Counted from the first letter of the stretch, positions 19,683 through 29,611 are shown. The stretch: 64,000 nucleotides of DNA from Flavobacteriales bacterium (GCA_046074525.1 JBJTOK010000052.1:15760-79759); one strand, 5' to 3'. Program-made: numbers and translations. The notes: generated from the sequence alone by a model not told the origin.

Positions 19683-19720
19683 ACACCCTTGGGAGAAATC
19701 CTAAGGGTGTTTTTGTTTTT
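19683..19720 (+). terminator. intrinsic terminator after siaC-like gene
   Basis: acaccctt gggagaaatcct aagggtgt followed by tttttgttttt. Confidence 0.75.
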
Positions 19721-19775
19721 AGTCTTCTTCTTTGCAAAGAAGCAAAGACTTACTTTTTCATCAGGGAAGATAGTA
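19721..19775 (+). repeat. dispersed repeat family, copy C (left part, contains perfect 16-bp palindrome CTTCTTTGCAAAGAAG)
   Basis: Aligns with 22047-22085 (cttcttt-caaagaagcaa-gactt-c-ttttt). Confidence 0.7.
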
Positions 19776-19780
19776 AGAAG

Positions 19781-21976
19781 CTATGCTGCAGTCTCCATCA
19801 ATCTATTCACCTTGTGAACACCGCTAATTTGTTTCAGTTTTTCAATGAGGCTCTTCAGTTGTTCAGTATCGGATACGTATAACATGATTTTGCCTTCAAA
19901 GAAGCTGTCTTCCGAATTGAAATAGATGGATTTGATGTTAACATGTGCTTCTTTAGAGATAACAGAAGTGATTTTGTTCACAAGTCCGACATCATCAATT
20001 CCTACAAATTCAACTCCGGTTAAGAAAGCAACGTTGTTGGTGTTGGTCCACTGTGCCTTAATGGATTTTCCAGCAAAGGTAGATAACAAATGCATGGCAT
20101 TCGGACAGTTGGTTTTGTGGATGAGAATGCCTTTGTCCTCACTTTGGAAACCAAAAACCTCGTCGCCCGGAATAGGATTACAGCAGGTGGCAAGAGTGTA
20201 TTTAATATTCCCGTCGCTGCCAATATTGAGCATACCGATCTTATCGGCTTTCGATTGCTGACGTTTGAGTTTATCCTGGTTTTTCTTGTCTTCTTTCTTT
20301 CGGAAGAAATCAGTGAAATTTTCGTGGGATATTTCTTTCTTAGCAATTTTCAGATAGAGATCGAAAGTGCTTTTTGTATCGAAATGCTTCACAATAACCC
20401 CCAGGATATTGGTGTTGATGGGTTGGTTGATTTGCTGCATCCATTCCTTGAAAAGCTCTTTGCCATCAAGAGCAGTCTTTTTATGTTCTTCCTTGAGAGC
20501 GTCTTTAATCGCCGATTTAGCTTTGGCGGTAACTACATAGTTGAGCCATTCTTCCTTAGGTGTTTGCTTCTTGGAAGTAATAATTTCCAACTGTTCCCCG
20601 CTTTCCAGTTCGTAGCTCAGTGGTACGAGCTTGTGGTTCACCTTGGCTCCGATACATTGATCGCCAATGCGTGAGTGAATTTCATATGCGAAATCCAGTG
20701 CTGTAGCACCTTTTGGTAAGGTTTTGATATCTCCGGCGGGAGTAAATACATAAATTTCATCGGCAAAGAAGTTGAGCTTGAAATCATCGATAAATTCCAG
20801 CGCGTTATTTTCAGGGGCTTCTAGCATCTTGGTGATCTTGGAAATCCATGAATCAAGATGGGGTTCCTGCTCGGCGGTCATTGTTTTGTATTTCCAGTGA
20901 GCAGCCAATCCTTTTTCGGCGATAGAGTCCATGCGTGCGGTGCGAATCTGCACTTCCACCCACTTACCCTCGTGTCCCATCACTGTAGTGTGCAGTGACT
21001 CGTAGCCGTTTCCTTTAGGAGTGGAAATCCAGTCGCGAAGTCTGTCAGGACGAGGAGTGTACAAATCGGTTACATGGGAATATACTTTCCAGCAATCGCT
21101 TTTCTCGTCTTCAGGTTTTGAATTCAGGATAATGCGGATAGCAAATATATCGTACACCTCATCAAAGGTAACCCCCTTCTTTTTGATTTTCTGGGCGATG
21201 GAGAAGATGCTTTTGGTGCGACCTTTAATATCGAAGCTATAGCCTTTATCCGTCAGTGTATTGATGATAGGTAAGCTAAACTTATTGATGTAGCGTGTTC
21301 TTTTCTTTTGTGTGCTGGCGAGACTTTCCTCTATTCTATGATAGAGTTCCGGTTCGGTATATCGCAAGCCAAGATCCTCCAGCTCGGTTTTAATAGCATA
21401 CAAGCCCAATCGGTGTGCCAGCGGAGCATAGATGTTTAGCGTTTCATAAGCAATTTTCAACTGCTTATGACGTGGCATAAACTCCATCGTGCGCATATTG
21501 TGCAAACGGTCGGCGAGTTTGATGAGAATCACTCTTATGTCATCCGACAAGGTGAGTAATATCCTTCTGAAATTTTCGGCCTGAATGGAATATTTGGAAT
21601 CATCGGGATCAGCAAGAGACGATATTTTGGTGAGGCCATCTACGATTTTCATCACCTTGTCCCCAAACATTCTGTTGATGTCATCAAGCGTGATATAGGT
21701 GTCTTCAACAGTGTCATGCAGAAGGGCACATACTATAGAAGTAGTACCTAATCCGATTTCATCGGCTACAATTCTTGCTACTTCAATAGGATGGTAAATA
21801 TAGGGTTCGCCCGATTTGCGGCGCATTTCCTTATGTGCATCAATAGCAACAGTAAGAGCTTTACGAATGAGCTTTTTATCGTGGTCGTCGCGGGTTCTTT
21901 TGCATGCGCGGAGCAGTCCGCGGTAACGTTTAAGGATTTCCTGTTTTTCTTTTTCTACGTCGATTACTACTTCCAT
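19781..21976 (-). CDS. relA: bifunctional (p)ppGpp synthetase/hydrolase RelA/SpoT (RSH)
   Basis: HD hydrolase motif (ALLHDTVEDT), synthetase domain, and TGS and ACT C-terminal regions. Length 731 aa. Confidence 0.9.
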   Translation of the reverse strand: MEVVIDVEKEKQEILKRYRGLLRACKRTRDDHDKKLIRKALTVAIDAHKEMRRKSGEPYIYHPIEVARIVADEIGLGTTSIVCALLHDTVEDTYITLDDINRMFGDKVMKIVDGLTKISSLADPDDSKYSIQAENFRRILLTLSDDIRVILIKLADRLHNMRTMEFMPRHKQLKIAYETLNIYAPLAHRLGLYAIKTELEDLGLRYTEPELYHRIEESLASTQKKRTRYINKFSLPIINTLTDKGYSFDIKGRTKSIFSIAQKIKKKGVTFDEVYDIFAIRIILNSKPEDEKSDCWKVYSHVTDLYTPRPDRLRDWISTPKGNGYESLHTTVMGHEGKWVEVQIRTARMDSIAEKGLAAHWKYKTMTAEQEPHLDSWISKITKMLEAPENNALEFIDDFKLNFFADEIYVFTPAGDIKTLPKGATALDFAYEIHSRIGDQCIGAKVNHKLVPLSYELESGEQLEIITSKKQTPKEEWLNYVVTAKAKSAIKDALKEEHKKTALDGKELFKEWMQQINQPINTNILGVIVKHFDTKSTFDLYLKIAKKEISHENFTDFFRKKEDKKNQDKLKRQQSKADKIGMLNIGSDGNIKYTLATCCNPIPGDEVFGFQSEDKGILIHKTNCPNAMHLLSTFAGKSIKAQWTNTNNVAFLTGVEFVGIDDVGLVNKITSVISKEAHVNIKSIYFNSEDSFFEGKIMLYVSDTEQLKSLIEKLKQISGVHKVNRLMETAA

Positions 21977-22044
21977 CAGGTATTGTTTTCTACTATAAAA
22001 ATAGCGGATTTATGCGATTGTTCTACTGTTTTGAGGAGTTAAAT

Positions 22045-22190
22045 GTTGCCTTCTTTCCAAAGAAGCAAGGACTTGCGTTTTTCTTGATGAGAAAGTAACA
22101 AAAAATCAATAGCCAAGAGATGCTTCCATTGCACCTCGCCAAAAACGCGTCAGGACCGAAGCTTCGCTTCCCCTTCTTAATCCTTAGGTT
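22045..22190 (+). repeat. dispersed repeat family, copy A (full length)
   Basis: The left part matches 19721-19775. The core at 22069-22127 matches 40418-40476 at roughly 85 percent by eye. Confidence 0.7.
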
Positions 22191-22195
22191 CGGGC

Positions 22196-22230
22196 AAAAA
22201 AAAAGGGGCGAACAAAGTAGCCCCCTTTTC
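22196..22230 (-). terminator. intrinsic terminator after GH18 gene
   Basis: The minus strand reads aggggg ctactttgttcg cccct followed by T9. Confidence 0.7.
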
Positions 22231-22248
22231 ATTATCGGATAGCATAAA

Positions 22249-24846
22249 TTATTTAACCACAGAGAAAGCTTTGTTAATGGTTTGACCGTCAACAGTAACT
22301 TTCATCAGGTAGGTGCCTGCATTCAGACTGTTTACAGAGATAGAAGAAGTGTTTTTTCCTGCTACCAGTGTAGAATTATTTGAATAGGTCAGTCGGCCTG
22401 CAAGATCATATACTTCAATTGAGGCAGAGCCACCTTTCACCACTTCAATGTTAACATTAACATTGTCGGTAGAAGGGTTAGGGTAAACATTTACAGAAGC
22501 TTCGGAAGTTACTTCTGTAACGCCTACTCCTGAGCTAACTGTGAAGTTCACAGATTGGGTTGTAGATGCAGTAGCATCGTTTCCTATTACTTTCAATGTG
22601 TATTGCTTGGTAAGAGCCCATGTGGTAGCGGTCCAGGTTGAAGAATAAGTAGAACCATTGGCTGAAGGTGTAAGAGTAGCTATATTGCTTGCGCCATCCC
22701 AGATTTCAAATGAAACAGATGTTACAGCGGTTTCATCAGTAACGGTAGCCGTCAGGGTGATTGCTGCTCCGTCGAAGGGGAAATCCTGGTTGGCAGTTGG
22801 AGCAGTGATGCTTACAGTTGGAGGTCCGCAAGTTACTACAGAAGCAGTAACCGGAGTTCTTCCGCAGGAAGCGTTAGCACCTGTTTCAATTACCCATTTC
22901 AGGAACGGACCGTAGTGAACGTAGCTGGTATTGTCGGTTTCTTCGCTTTCCTGGAATGTATAAAGGTTGCTGTAGTTTCTGTACATCCCTTTTTTCAAGG
23001 TGTATACACCTGCTTGTGTGTTTTCGTTGGTGTAGCTAGGGAGGTGAGCGATTTTACCTGAAGTCAGTTCAGGATAAACAAAGTAAGAGCCTACTGGTAA
23101 CAGGAAGTTTACTGTTGCTTCATAGTATGTTTGTTCCCAGCTTTGAGCGCCAGCATTGGCAGCAACGGTAAAAGGACCGGCTTCCATAACAAAGGCGTTA
23201 GTGCTTGAATTGCTTACTTTGATTTTAAAAGTAGCTCCGGTTTGGGTATTTACCATCAAACGGAGTGTTTTAATTGTAAGGTCGCTGGATACTACAATGC
23301 GTTGTGCGGCATTTTGAGTCAACCACCAGTATGTGTTGGTAGGAGTCGTTACGCTGGCATCTACCGGAGTCGTAGTGTAAGTGTTTACCCCAGCGGCTTT
23401 CTCTTCTACATAGTAGGTAGTGGAAGCAGAGAAAGTTTTTGAGTAAGAAGTACCAGAAGTTACTTTATTGCCGCCAGTGGATGCATCGTACCAGTCGTAA
23501 GTTTTTCCGACAACAGGATTGTTTACGGAAAGAGTCAGGTTTGTGCCAGAGCATCCGTTAGCACCTGTGGTGGTGAATGGAGCGCCTGCTACGATAACGA
23601 TTTCGTCTTCTTTAGAGCAACCCACGCCTTGAGAGATCACTACTTTGTAAGTGCCTGCGGCTGAAGCAGAGAAGGTTGTTCCGGTTTGACCGTTTTGCAA
23701 CGCATTATCTTTGTACCAAGCGAAAGTTCTGCCTACTGCAGTGGCAACGCCTGGATTCAGGGTCACGGAGTTTGGAGCGCAAACACCTTGGTCAGGTCCG
23801 AGGTTTGGTTTAGGGATGTTACACAATGTAGCAAGGTAAGTATCCATACCTTTCAATAAAGAATAAGAGTTGGAAGGAGCCCAGTCCTGACCCAAATCCC
23901 AGATCAAAACACCCATTGTTGCTTTGTTTACCGAAAGATCAATTTTGTCTTCCAAAGTGTTGATACCATTGTAGTAGTATCCACCGTAAGAATCGCTGGT
24001 ATAGACAGTGTTGTTGTTTGGCCAGTCGTTGTATTTTCCTTCGGTTGATCTGTTGGATGTTCTTCCGTAGAAAGGAACACCAAGAACCATTTTAGAATAA
24101 GGAACACCTTTGGCATTCCATCCTTCCAAAGAAGCCTGAGCATCGGCAGTGGTAGAATGGTTGGTGGCATCATAACCATTTCCGCTGGGGAAATCGTAGG
24201 CCATAATGTGCCATTCATCTACTAATGAAGCATTGGTTGAATAAAAACTTGCATCCAGGTATTGAGTGTGGTTAATCATGTTTTTTGTTTCGCCACCTAC
24301 TGCCAATGCAATTTTGATGTTCGGGTTGCTGGAAGCAGCAATTTTTTGCTTCAGTAACTGAACAAAGGCGAGGTGTCCGGCTCTTGCGGTATTGTCTTTT
24401 GGAAACTCCCAGTCAACAGAGATACCGTAGCAACTTGTAGTGCTGGCAGTCGCAAAGGCAACCAGCGCGGTGGCCAATGTATTTCTGTAGGTAGAGTTGT
24501 TACACACAGAGCTCAGTCGTGCAGCTCTCAATTCGCTTGGATCAGCACCCCCTATTGCTATCCAAAGATTAGCGCCATTGTTTGAAGCGGCATCTCTAAC
24601 AATAGTGTACTTGTTGGCGTCAAAACCGTAAAGGGCATCGCCAGGATTGTTGGTAATTAATGTTCCGTCGGTGTTCGGATTGATAAAGGAGAAAATAACG
24701 TCGGTTAACAGTGCGCACTGAGCAGAAATGTCAGTAGTCGCTCTATAAGACGGGAAGTAGCCAATAACACGTGTGTTACCGGCGTTCGCACCTACTGAAA
24801 TGAAAAACAGCAGGCATAAAGCCAAATAGTAATTGATTTTTTTCAT
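22249..24846 (-). CDS. secreted GH18 (chitinase-like) enzyme with Ig-like/CBM-like domains and T9SS type-A CTD
   Basis: GH18 catalytic motif GISVDWEFP. Signal peptide present. The C-terminus VYPNPSTDNVNV...YDLAGR...GTYLMKVTVDGQTINKAFSVVK matches the T9SS type-A tail. Confidence 0.85.
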   Translation of the reverse strand: MKKINYYLALCLLFFISVGANAGNTRVIGYFPSYRATTDISAQCALLTDVIFSFINPNTDGTLITNNPGDALYGFDANKYTIVRDAASNNGANLWIAIGGADPSELRAARLSSVCNNSTYRNTLATALVAFATASTTSCYGISVDWEFPKDNTARAGHLAFVQLLKQKIAASSNPNIKIALAVGGETKNMINHTQYLDASFYSTNASLVDEWHIMAYDFPSGNGYDATNHSTTADAQASLEGWNAKGVPYSKMVLGVPFYGRTSNRSTEGKYNDWPNNNTVYTSDSYGGYYYNGINTLEDKIDLSVNKATMGVLIWDLGQDWAPSNSYSLLKGMDTYLATLCNIPKPNLGPDQGVCAPNSVTLNPGVATAVGRTFAWYKDNALQNGQTGTTFSASAAGTYKVVISQGVGCSKEDEIVIVAGAPFTTTGANGCSGTNLTLSVNNPVVGKTYDWYDASTGGNKVTSGTSYSKTFSASTTYYVEEKAAGVNTYTTTPVDASVTTPTNTYWWLTQNAAQRIVVSSDLTIKTLRLMVNTQTGATFKIKVSNSSTNAFVMEAGPFTVAANAGAQSWEQTYYEATVNFLLPVGSYFVYPELTSGKIAHLPSYTNENTQAGVYTLKKGMYRNYSNLYTFQESEETDNTSYVHYGPFLKWVIETGANASCGRTPVTASVVTCGPPTVSITAPTANQDFPFDGAAITLTATVTDETAVTSVSFEIWDGASNIATLTPSANGSTYSSTWTATTWALTKQYTLKVIGNDATASTTQSVNFTVSSGVGVTEVTSEASVNVYPNPSTDNVNVNIEVVKGGSASIEVYDLAGRLTYSNNSTLVAGKNTSSISVNSLNAGTYLMKVTVDGQTINKAFSVVK

Positions 24847-25007
24847 GGTTAGTTAATAAAGTTAATTAATAGTTTTGCCTCTTATAGTAGTAAAAGGGAC
24901 AACAAGATGAGGAAATTGCTCTTAAAATCAAAATTAATTTTTGCACAAAAAATGCCTTTTTTCAACTAAATTTACTGGGCGTGTAAATCCTAAAATACTT
25001 GTAAAAT

Positions 25008-25382
25008 ATGGGTGAATCAACGAAAAAAGTTGGACTGGTGGCACATGACAATATGAAGCCTCAGATTGTGGAATGGGTGAAAAGTCATCTTGACCGCTTT
25101 AAAAAACATGAGCTGATTGCTACTGGAACTACTGGCAAAAGAATTGAAGATGCTACGGGATTGAAGATCCAAAAGCTGAAAAGCGGTCCGCTGGGCGGCG
25201 ATCAGCAATTAGGGGCTTTAATATGCGAGCAACAGCTGGATATGCTTATTTTCTTCTGGGATCCGCTGGAACCTATGCCGCATGACCCTGATGTAAAAGC
25301 GTTGCTTCGATTGTGCAGTGTATATAATATACCTGTGGCGTGCAACCGGGCTACTGCCGATTTTGTAGTGTTGGGTTTGTGA
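25008..25382 (+). CDS. mgsA: methylglyoxal synthase
   Basis: VGLVAHDNMKP...GPLGGDQQ...FFWDPL motifs. Length 124 aa. Confidence 0.9.
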   Translation: MGESTKKVGLVAHDNMKPQIVEWVKSHLDRFKKHELIATGTTGKRIEDATGLKIQKLKSGPLGGDQQLGALICEQQLDMLIFFWDPLEPMPHDPDVKALLRLCSVYNIPVACNRATADFVVLGL

Positions 25383-25396
25383 TTAAAAGAACAAGA

Positions 25397-26377
25397 TTAT
25401 TTAAATCCGTCCTTGATATAATCCGCAAAACTTTTCTGATTGTAAATGTTTTTTCTGAAGTATCCTAACAATGCTTCGAGATGTTTTCCGGTGAGGTATT
25501 GTTTAATGGGTGCTAACACCAATTGTTGTTCGTTAATGATGACCACGCTTGGGAAACCAACCTGATTTTGCAACAATCCGAAAGCAATCTGGTGAATGCC
25601 ATTTCCGGGATTAGGATTAATATAAGTGTGTTCCTGAAAAGTAATAGTGTCTCCTACAAGCACATCAATCTCCACGCAGTAATAATTTTCCAGTTCCTTA
25701 ATCACAGAGGCATCTTCGAAGGCAGAGGCACTCATTACACGATCGCTCACGAAGGAATTGTTTTTAAGATGGATAAAGATCTTCTTTGGATTTTTCTTTT
25801 GCAGCTCCAGCGCTTCTTTCATGCTGATCCAGTTGATGCGTGTGGAGTCGTTATGTCCTTCGGCTGCAAAAGCCTTGGTGAAATCTTTTTCGAAATCGTC
25901 GATGTTTGCTGATGCATCAAGCTTTTCGGCATGGTATACAAGATAAGGTAGAGTTTGGTTTACATCGAGATAGCCTGGAATAATCACTGTGGGTTTTATT
26001 TCGCTGTTCATGTAGATGGTAGTGGGATAGGAGAGTCGTTGTCCCATTAAGGCATAAGCCAGGTCGTGGGTAGAGCGGCTGCCTGCTACTCTGTTAAAAT
26101 AAGTCTTATCCTGGAAAACAATAGAATCGTGGGTTTCGGCATTGAACTTAATTGCATAGAAATTATTGTTGACATAAGACACGATATTAGGATCAGCATA
26201 CGTGGTTGCGTCCAGTCTTTTGCACCAGCCACACCAGTCGGTATAAACATCAACCAGCACCGGTCGTGGCTGCTTTTTCTGTGCTGCTTCCATTTGCTCA
26301 AAACTGATCCAGTTGATTTTCGATTGGCCCACCAATTCAACGGAGAGCAACAGGAGTGTATAGAGGAAGTACTTCAT
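25397..26377 (-). CDS. secreted thioredoxin-fold protein (two tandem Trx-like domains)
   Basis: Signal peptide. WCGWC redox motif in the first domain. The second domain lacks CxxC. Confidence 0.7.
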   Translation of the reverse strand: MKYFLYTLLLLSVELVGQSKINWISFEQMEAAQKKQPRPVLVDVYTDWCGWCKRLDATTYADPNIVSYVNNNFYAIKFNAETHDSIVFQDKTYFNRVAGSRSTHDLAYALMGQRLSYPTTIYMNSEIKPTVIIPGYLDVNQTLPYLVYHAEKLDASANIDDFEKDFTKAFAAEGHNDSTRINWISMKEALELQKKNPKKIFIHLKNNSFVSDRVMSASAFEDASVIKELENYYCVEIDVLVGDTITFQEHTYINPNPGNGIHQIAFGLLQNQVGFPSVVIINEQQLVLAPIKQYLTGKHLEALLGYFRKNIYNQKSFADYIKDGFK

Positions 26378-26791
26378 TTATTTCGGGAAACTAAAGTAAT
26401 CAAAGGTGATTTCATTTTTCGATCCGTCGGTGGCGGTTAGCCAGAAAACCAGTTGGCCTTTGCTATTCATTTTGCCCTGATAAGTATAAAAGAGCGGATT
26501 AGTGGGCTGTACTTTTTTGTTGATTGAGTTGTTCGATCTGTAAACAATATTTCCAGAATGTACGATATAGGGACCAGCAAAGTCGGATTCTCCTTTCATA
26601 GCCAATTGAGCCTTAGTGATGTCCTGCGCAGGAAATATATAAGTGGCAGCAGTTCCATCTGTGTTGAAAAAAATGTGGTGAAAATCTTTTCCTGATTTCC
26701 CTACATAAAAACCATCGTGCTTTAATTCTGTGTTGTTGTCGCCCTGGAAGGAGAGTAATGCAATGCTGCACAATAACAGTAAATACTTCAT
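26378..26791 (-). CDS. hypothetical secreted protein
   Basis: Signal peptide MKYLLLLCSIALLSF. Abuts the upstream gene end-to-start. Confidence 0.55.
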   Translation of the reverse strand: MKYLLLLCSIALLSFQGDNNTELKHDGFYVGKSGKDFHHIFFNTDGTAATYIFPAQDITKAQLAMKGESDFAGPYIVHSGNIVYRSNNSINKKVQPTNPLFYTYQGKMNSKGQLVFWLTATDGSKNEITFDYFSFPK

Positions 26792-26914
26792 AGGTGTTGT
26801 TTTTAATAAATGTACTAAAAAGAGATGCAAAGTTAAAAGCAATTATTGTTCCATGTTTTTTTAAGATGCTAAAATTGAAATTTAGGTAAGCAAAAATAAA
26901 TTATTTAAAAATTC

Positions 26915-26945
26915 TTGATTATGACTTTAAATATTTCTAAATTTG
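26915..26945 (+). promoter_or_regulatory. candidate nirB promoter (-33 TTG, -7 TAAATTTG) overlapping a 20-mer shared with nirD upstream
   Basis: TTG at 26915-26917, a 20-nt spacer, then TAAATTTG at 26938-26945. The 20-mer at 26925-26944 recurs at 29759-29778. Confidence 0.4.
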
Positions 26946-27056
26946 AGAATAGGAAGTTTTGTTATTTATTATTTCATTAATGAAAAAAGTGAACAAGCCT
27001 AAGCTCTTACCCCTGATTTTAAAATAGATGCGTAGTTGTTTTAATTATAATATGAT

Positions 27057-29561
27057 ATGAAGAAAGTGAAGATAGTTGTAATCGGAAATGGAATGGTGAG
27101 TTATAAGTTTTGCGAAAAACTGCTGGCAAAATCCAAGGATCAGTTTGAGTTGGTAGTGTTTGGGGAGGAGATCCGACCGGCTTACGACAGGGTGCACCTT
27201 AGTGCCTTCTTCGACGGTAAAACAGCTGAAGATCTTTCCATGGCTGGTGTAGATTGGTATGTGAACAATGGTATCAAGCTTCATTTGGGAGATCCTGTGC
27301 AGCAAATTGACCGTACTAACAAAACCATTCATTCTTTCAAGGGCATAACCGAGTCATATGATTATGTGGTAATGGCTACGGGTTCAGGAGCTTTTGTGCC
27401 GTCGATCCCTGGTGTGGAAAAAGATGGTGTTTTTGTTTACAGAACAATTGAAGATCTCGAGATGATTCGCGACTATGCTCCGAAAGCCAGAAAAGGCGCG
27501 GTGATAGGGGGTGGTCTTCTCGGTTTGGAAGCAGCCAAAGCCATGCTTGATTTAGGTATCAGAGATACGCATGTGATTGAATTTGCGCCGCGACTCATGC
27601 CGCGTCAGATTGATGATGCAGGTTCAAAATTATTACAAGGCAAACTGGAAGCGTTGGGGTTGACTATCCTTACTAATACCAACACTACTGAAATCGTGGG
27701 CGATAAAGCCATTACGAAAATGAAGTTTGCCAATGATACTTCTATCGACGTGGATATGCTCGTGATTTCTGCGGGTATCAAGCCCCGTGATGAAGTGGCT
27801 AAACTGTGCGGATTGGAAGTGGGGCAACGAGGAGGGATCGTGGTGAATGAGCAAATGCAAACCACCGATCCTTTCATTTTTGCCATTGGTGAATGTGCTT
27901 TATACAAAGGCATGATTTACGGTTTGATTGCTCCTGGATATGAAATGGCGGATGTAGTGGCGAGCAATCTTACAGGAGGTAAAAAAGAATTTACCGGTTT
28001 CGATATGAGCACGAAGCTGAAGCTGATTGGTGTGGATGTGGCGAGCTTCGGTGATCCTTTTGTTCCTGCTTCTGAGGCAAGAGTGATTGTTTATGAAGAT
28101 ACCAATAAGGGAATTTATAAACGCGTAAATATCTCTAAAGAGGGGAAAGAGCTGTTGGGTGGTATTTTGATTGGCGATGCTGAACAATACAACATGCTCC
28201 TGCAAACCTGCAAAAACAAAATGGCGCTGCCGCCAAATCCTGAGGATTTAATTTTGGGTGCGCGTGGTGGCGAAGGCGAAGGTGGTGCTGGTGTTACAGC
28301 TTTGCCGGATGATGCCATGATATGTAGTTGTGAAAGCATCTCTAAAGGAGATATCTGCAAAGCAGTGATTGATGGTGCTGAAACCGTTGATAAAATTAAA
28401 GCTTGTACTAAAGCGGGCACTGGTTGCGGAGGTTGTGTTCCAATGGTGAAGGACCTGATGGTTCACACCATGAAATCACAAGGGAAATTGGTGCGCAATA
28501 TAGTATGTGAGCACTTTGCTTATAGCCGTCAGGAGTTGTACGACCTCACTAAAATGGACAAGCTGAAATCGTACGAAAGTGTTTTGAATAAGCATGGAAA
28601 AGGGGATGGCTGCGAAGTTTGTAAACCCTTGGTTTCTTCTATTCTTGCCAGCTTATGGAATGAAATGATTCTTAAAAGAGGAAATGATGTTACCCAGGAT
28701 TCCAATGACCGTTATCTCGCAAACATCCAGAAAGGGGGTACTTATTCAGTGGTTCCAAGAATCCCTGGAGGTGAAATCACGCCTGATAAACTGATTGTTC
28801 TCGGACAAATTGCAAAACAATATAATCTATATACAAAAATCACAGGAGGCCAACGCATCGACTTGTTTGGTGCTCACGTAAGTGATCTTCCTGCTATCTG
28901 GAAATTGTTGGTGGAAGCTGGTTTTGAAAGTGGGCACGCTTATGGCAAAGCCTTGCGTACCGTGAAAAGCTGTGTGGGTTCTACCTGGTGTCGTTATGGT
29001 TTGCATGATAGCGTGAGTTTCGCTATTGAGATCGAAGAAAGATATCGTGGTTTGCGTTCGCCGCATAAACTTAAATCAGCGGTTTCTGGTTGTATCCGCG
29101 AATGTGCCGAAGCACAATCTAAAGACTTTGGTGTAATTGCTACCGAGAAAGGATGGAATCTGTATGTGTGTGGTAACGGTGGTTCTAAGCCACAGCATGC
29201 GCACCTGATCGCAACTGATATCGACAGTGCAACGCTGATTAAGTATCTTGATCGCTTCCTTATGTTCTACATTAAAACAGCAGATCCGCTCACGCGTACT
29301 GCAACGTGGTTGAACAAGATGGAAGGTGGAATCGATTATCTTAAAAATGTAGTGGTGAATGACAGTCTGGGCATTGCTACTCAACTTGAAGCTGAAATGC
29401 AGGCCTTGGTTGATGCCTACAATTGCGAGTGGAAAGAAGTAGTAGAAAGCCCTGAACTGCAAAAGCGCTTCAGCCACTTTGTGAACGCGCCAACAGAAAA
29501 AGATCCTACGGTGAAGTTTGAAGTGATGCGCGATCAGAAAAAAGTGGTTGACTGGAAATAA
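27057..29561 (+). CDS. nirB: NAD(P)H-nitrite reductase large subunit
   Basis: FAD/NAD Rossmann motif VVIGNGMV, BFD-like 2Fe-2S motif (CSCESISKGDI...GTGCGGC), and siroheme/4Fe-4S Cys motifs (SCVGSTWCRYG, SGCIRECAEAQ). Confidence 0.9.
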   Translation: MKKVKIVVIGNGMVSYKFCEKLLAKSKDQFELVVFGEEIRPAYDRVHLSAFFDGKTAEDLSMAGVDWYVNNGIKLHLGDPVQQIDRTNKTIHSFKGITESYDYVVMATGSGAFVPSIPGVEKDGVFVYRTIEDLEMIRDYAPKARKGAVIGGGLLGLEAAKAMLDLGIRDTHVIEFAPRLMPRQIDDAGSKLLQGKLEALGLTILTNTNTTEIVGDKAITKMKFANDTSIDVDMLVISAGIKPRDEVAKLCGLEVGQRGGIVVNEQMQTTDPFIFAIGECALYKGMIYGLIAPGYEMADVVASNLTGGKKEFTGFDMSTKLKLIGVDVASFGDPFVPASEARVIVYEDTNKGIYKRVNISKEGKELLGGILIGDAEQYNMLLQTCKNKMALPPNPEDLILGARGGEGEGGAGVTALPDDAMICSCESISKGDICKAVIDGAETVDKIKACTKAGTGCGGCVPMVKDLMVHTMKSQGKLVRNIVCEHFAYSRQELYDLTKMDKLKSYESVLNKHGKGDGCEVCKPLVSSILASLWNEMILKRGNDVTQDSNDRYLANIQKGGTYSVVPRIPGGEITPDKLIVLGQIAKQYNLYTKITGGQRIDLFGAHVSDLPAIWKLLVEAGFESGHAYGKALRTVKSCVGSTWCRYGLHDSVSFAIEIEERYRGLRSPHKLKSAVSGCIRECAEAQSKDFGVIATEKGWNLYVCGNGGSKPQHAHLIATDIDSATLIKYLDRFLMFYIKTADPLTRTATWLNKMEGGIDYLKNVVVNDSLGIATQLEAEMQALVDAYNCEWKEVVESPELQKRFSHFVNAPTEKDPTVKFEVMRDQKKVVDWK

Positions 29562-29582
29562 ACCCTTCCTGACTATCCCTAA

Positions 29583-29611
29583 AAAGCCTGCCCGCAAGAG
29601 TGGGCTTTTTT
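29583..29611 (+). terminator. terminator-like hairpin after nirB
   Basis: agcctgc ccgcaaga gtgggct (with G-U pairs) followed by T6. Confidence 0.5.

Noticed and set aside
22023-22292. ORF-track entries 22023-22292 (minus) and 40251-40481 (minus) sharing the peptide GSISWLLIFCYF
   Set aside because: The shared peptide is simply the translation of the dispersed DNA repeat (copies A and B). Neither ORF has a plausible start or other coding signal.
29076-29597. 173-aa minus-strand ORF opposite the 3' end of nirB
   Set aside because: It is antisense to a confidently identified gene. Its composition is typical of a shadow ORF.
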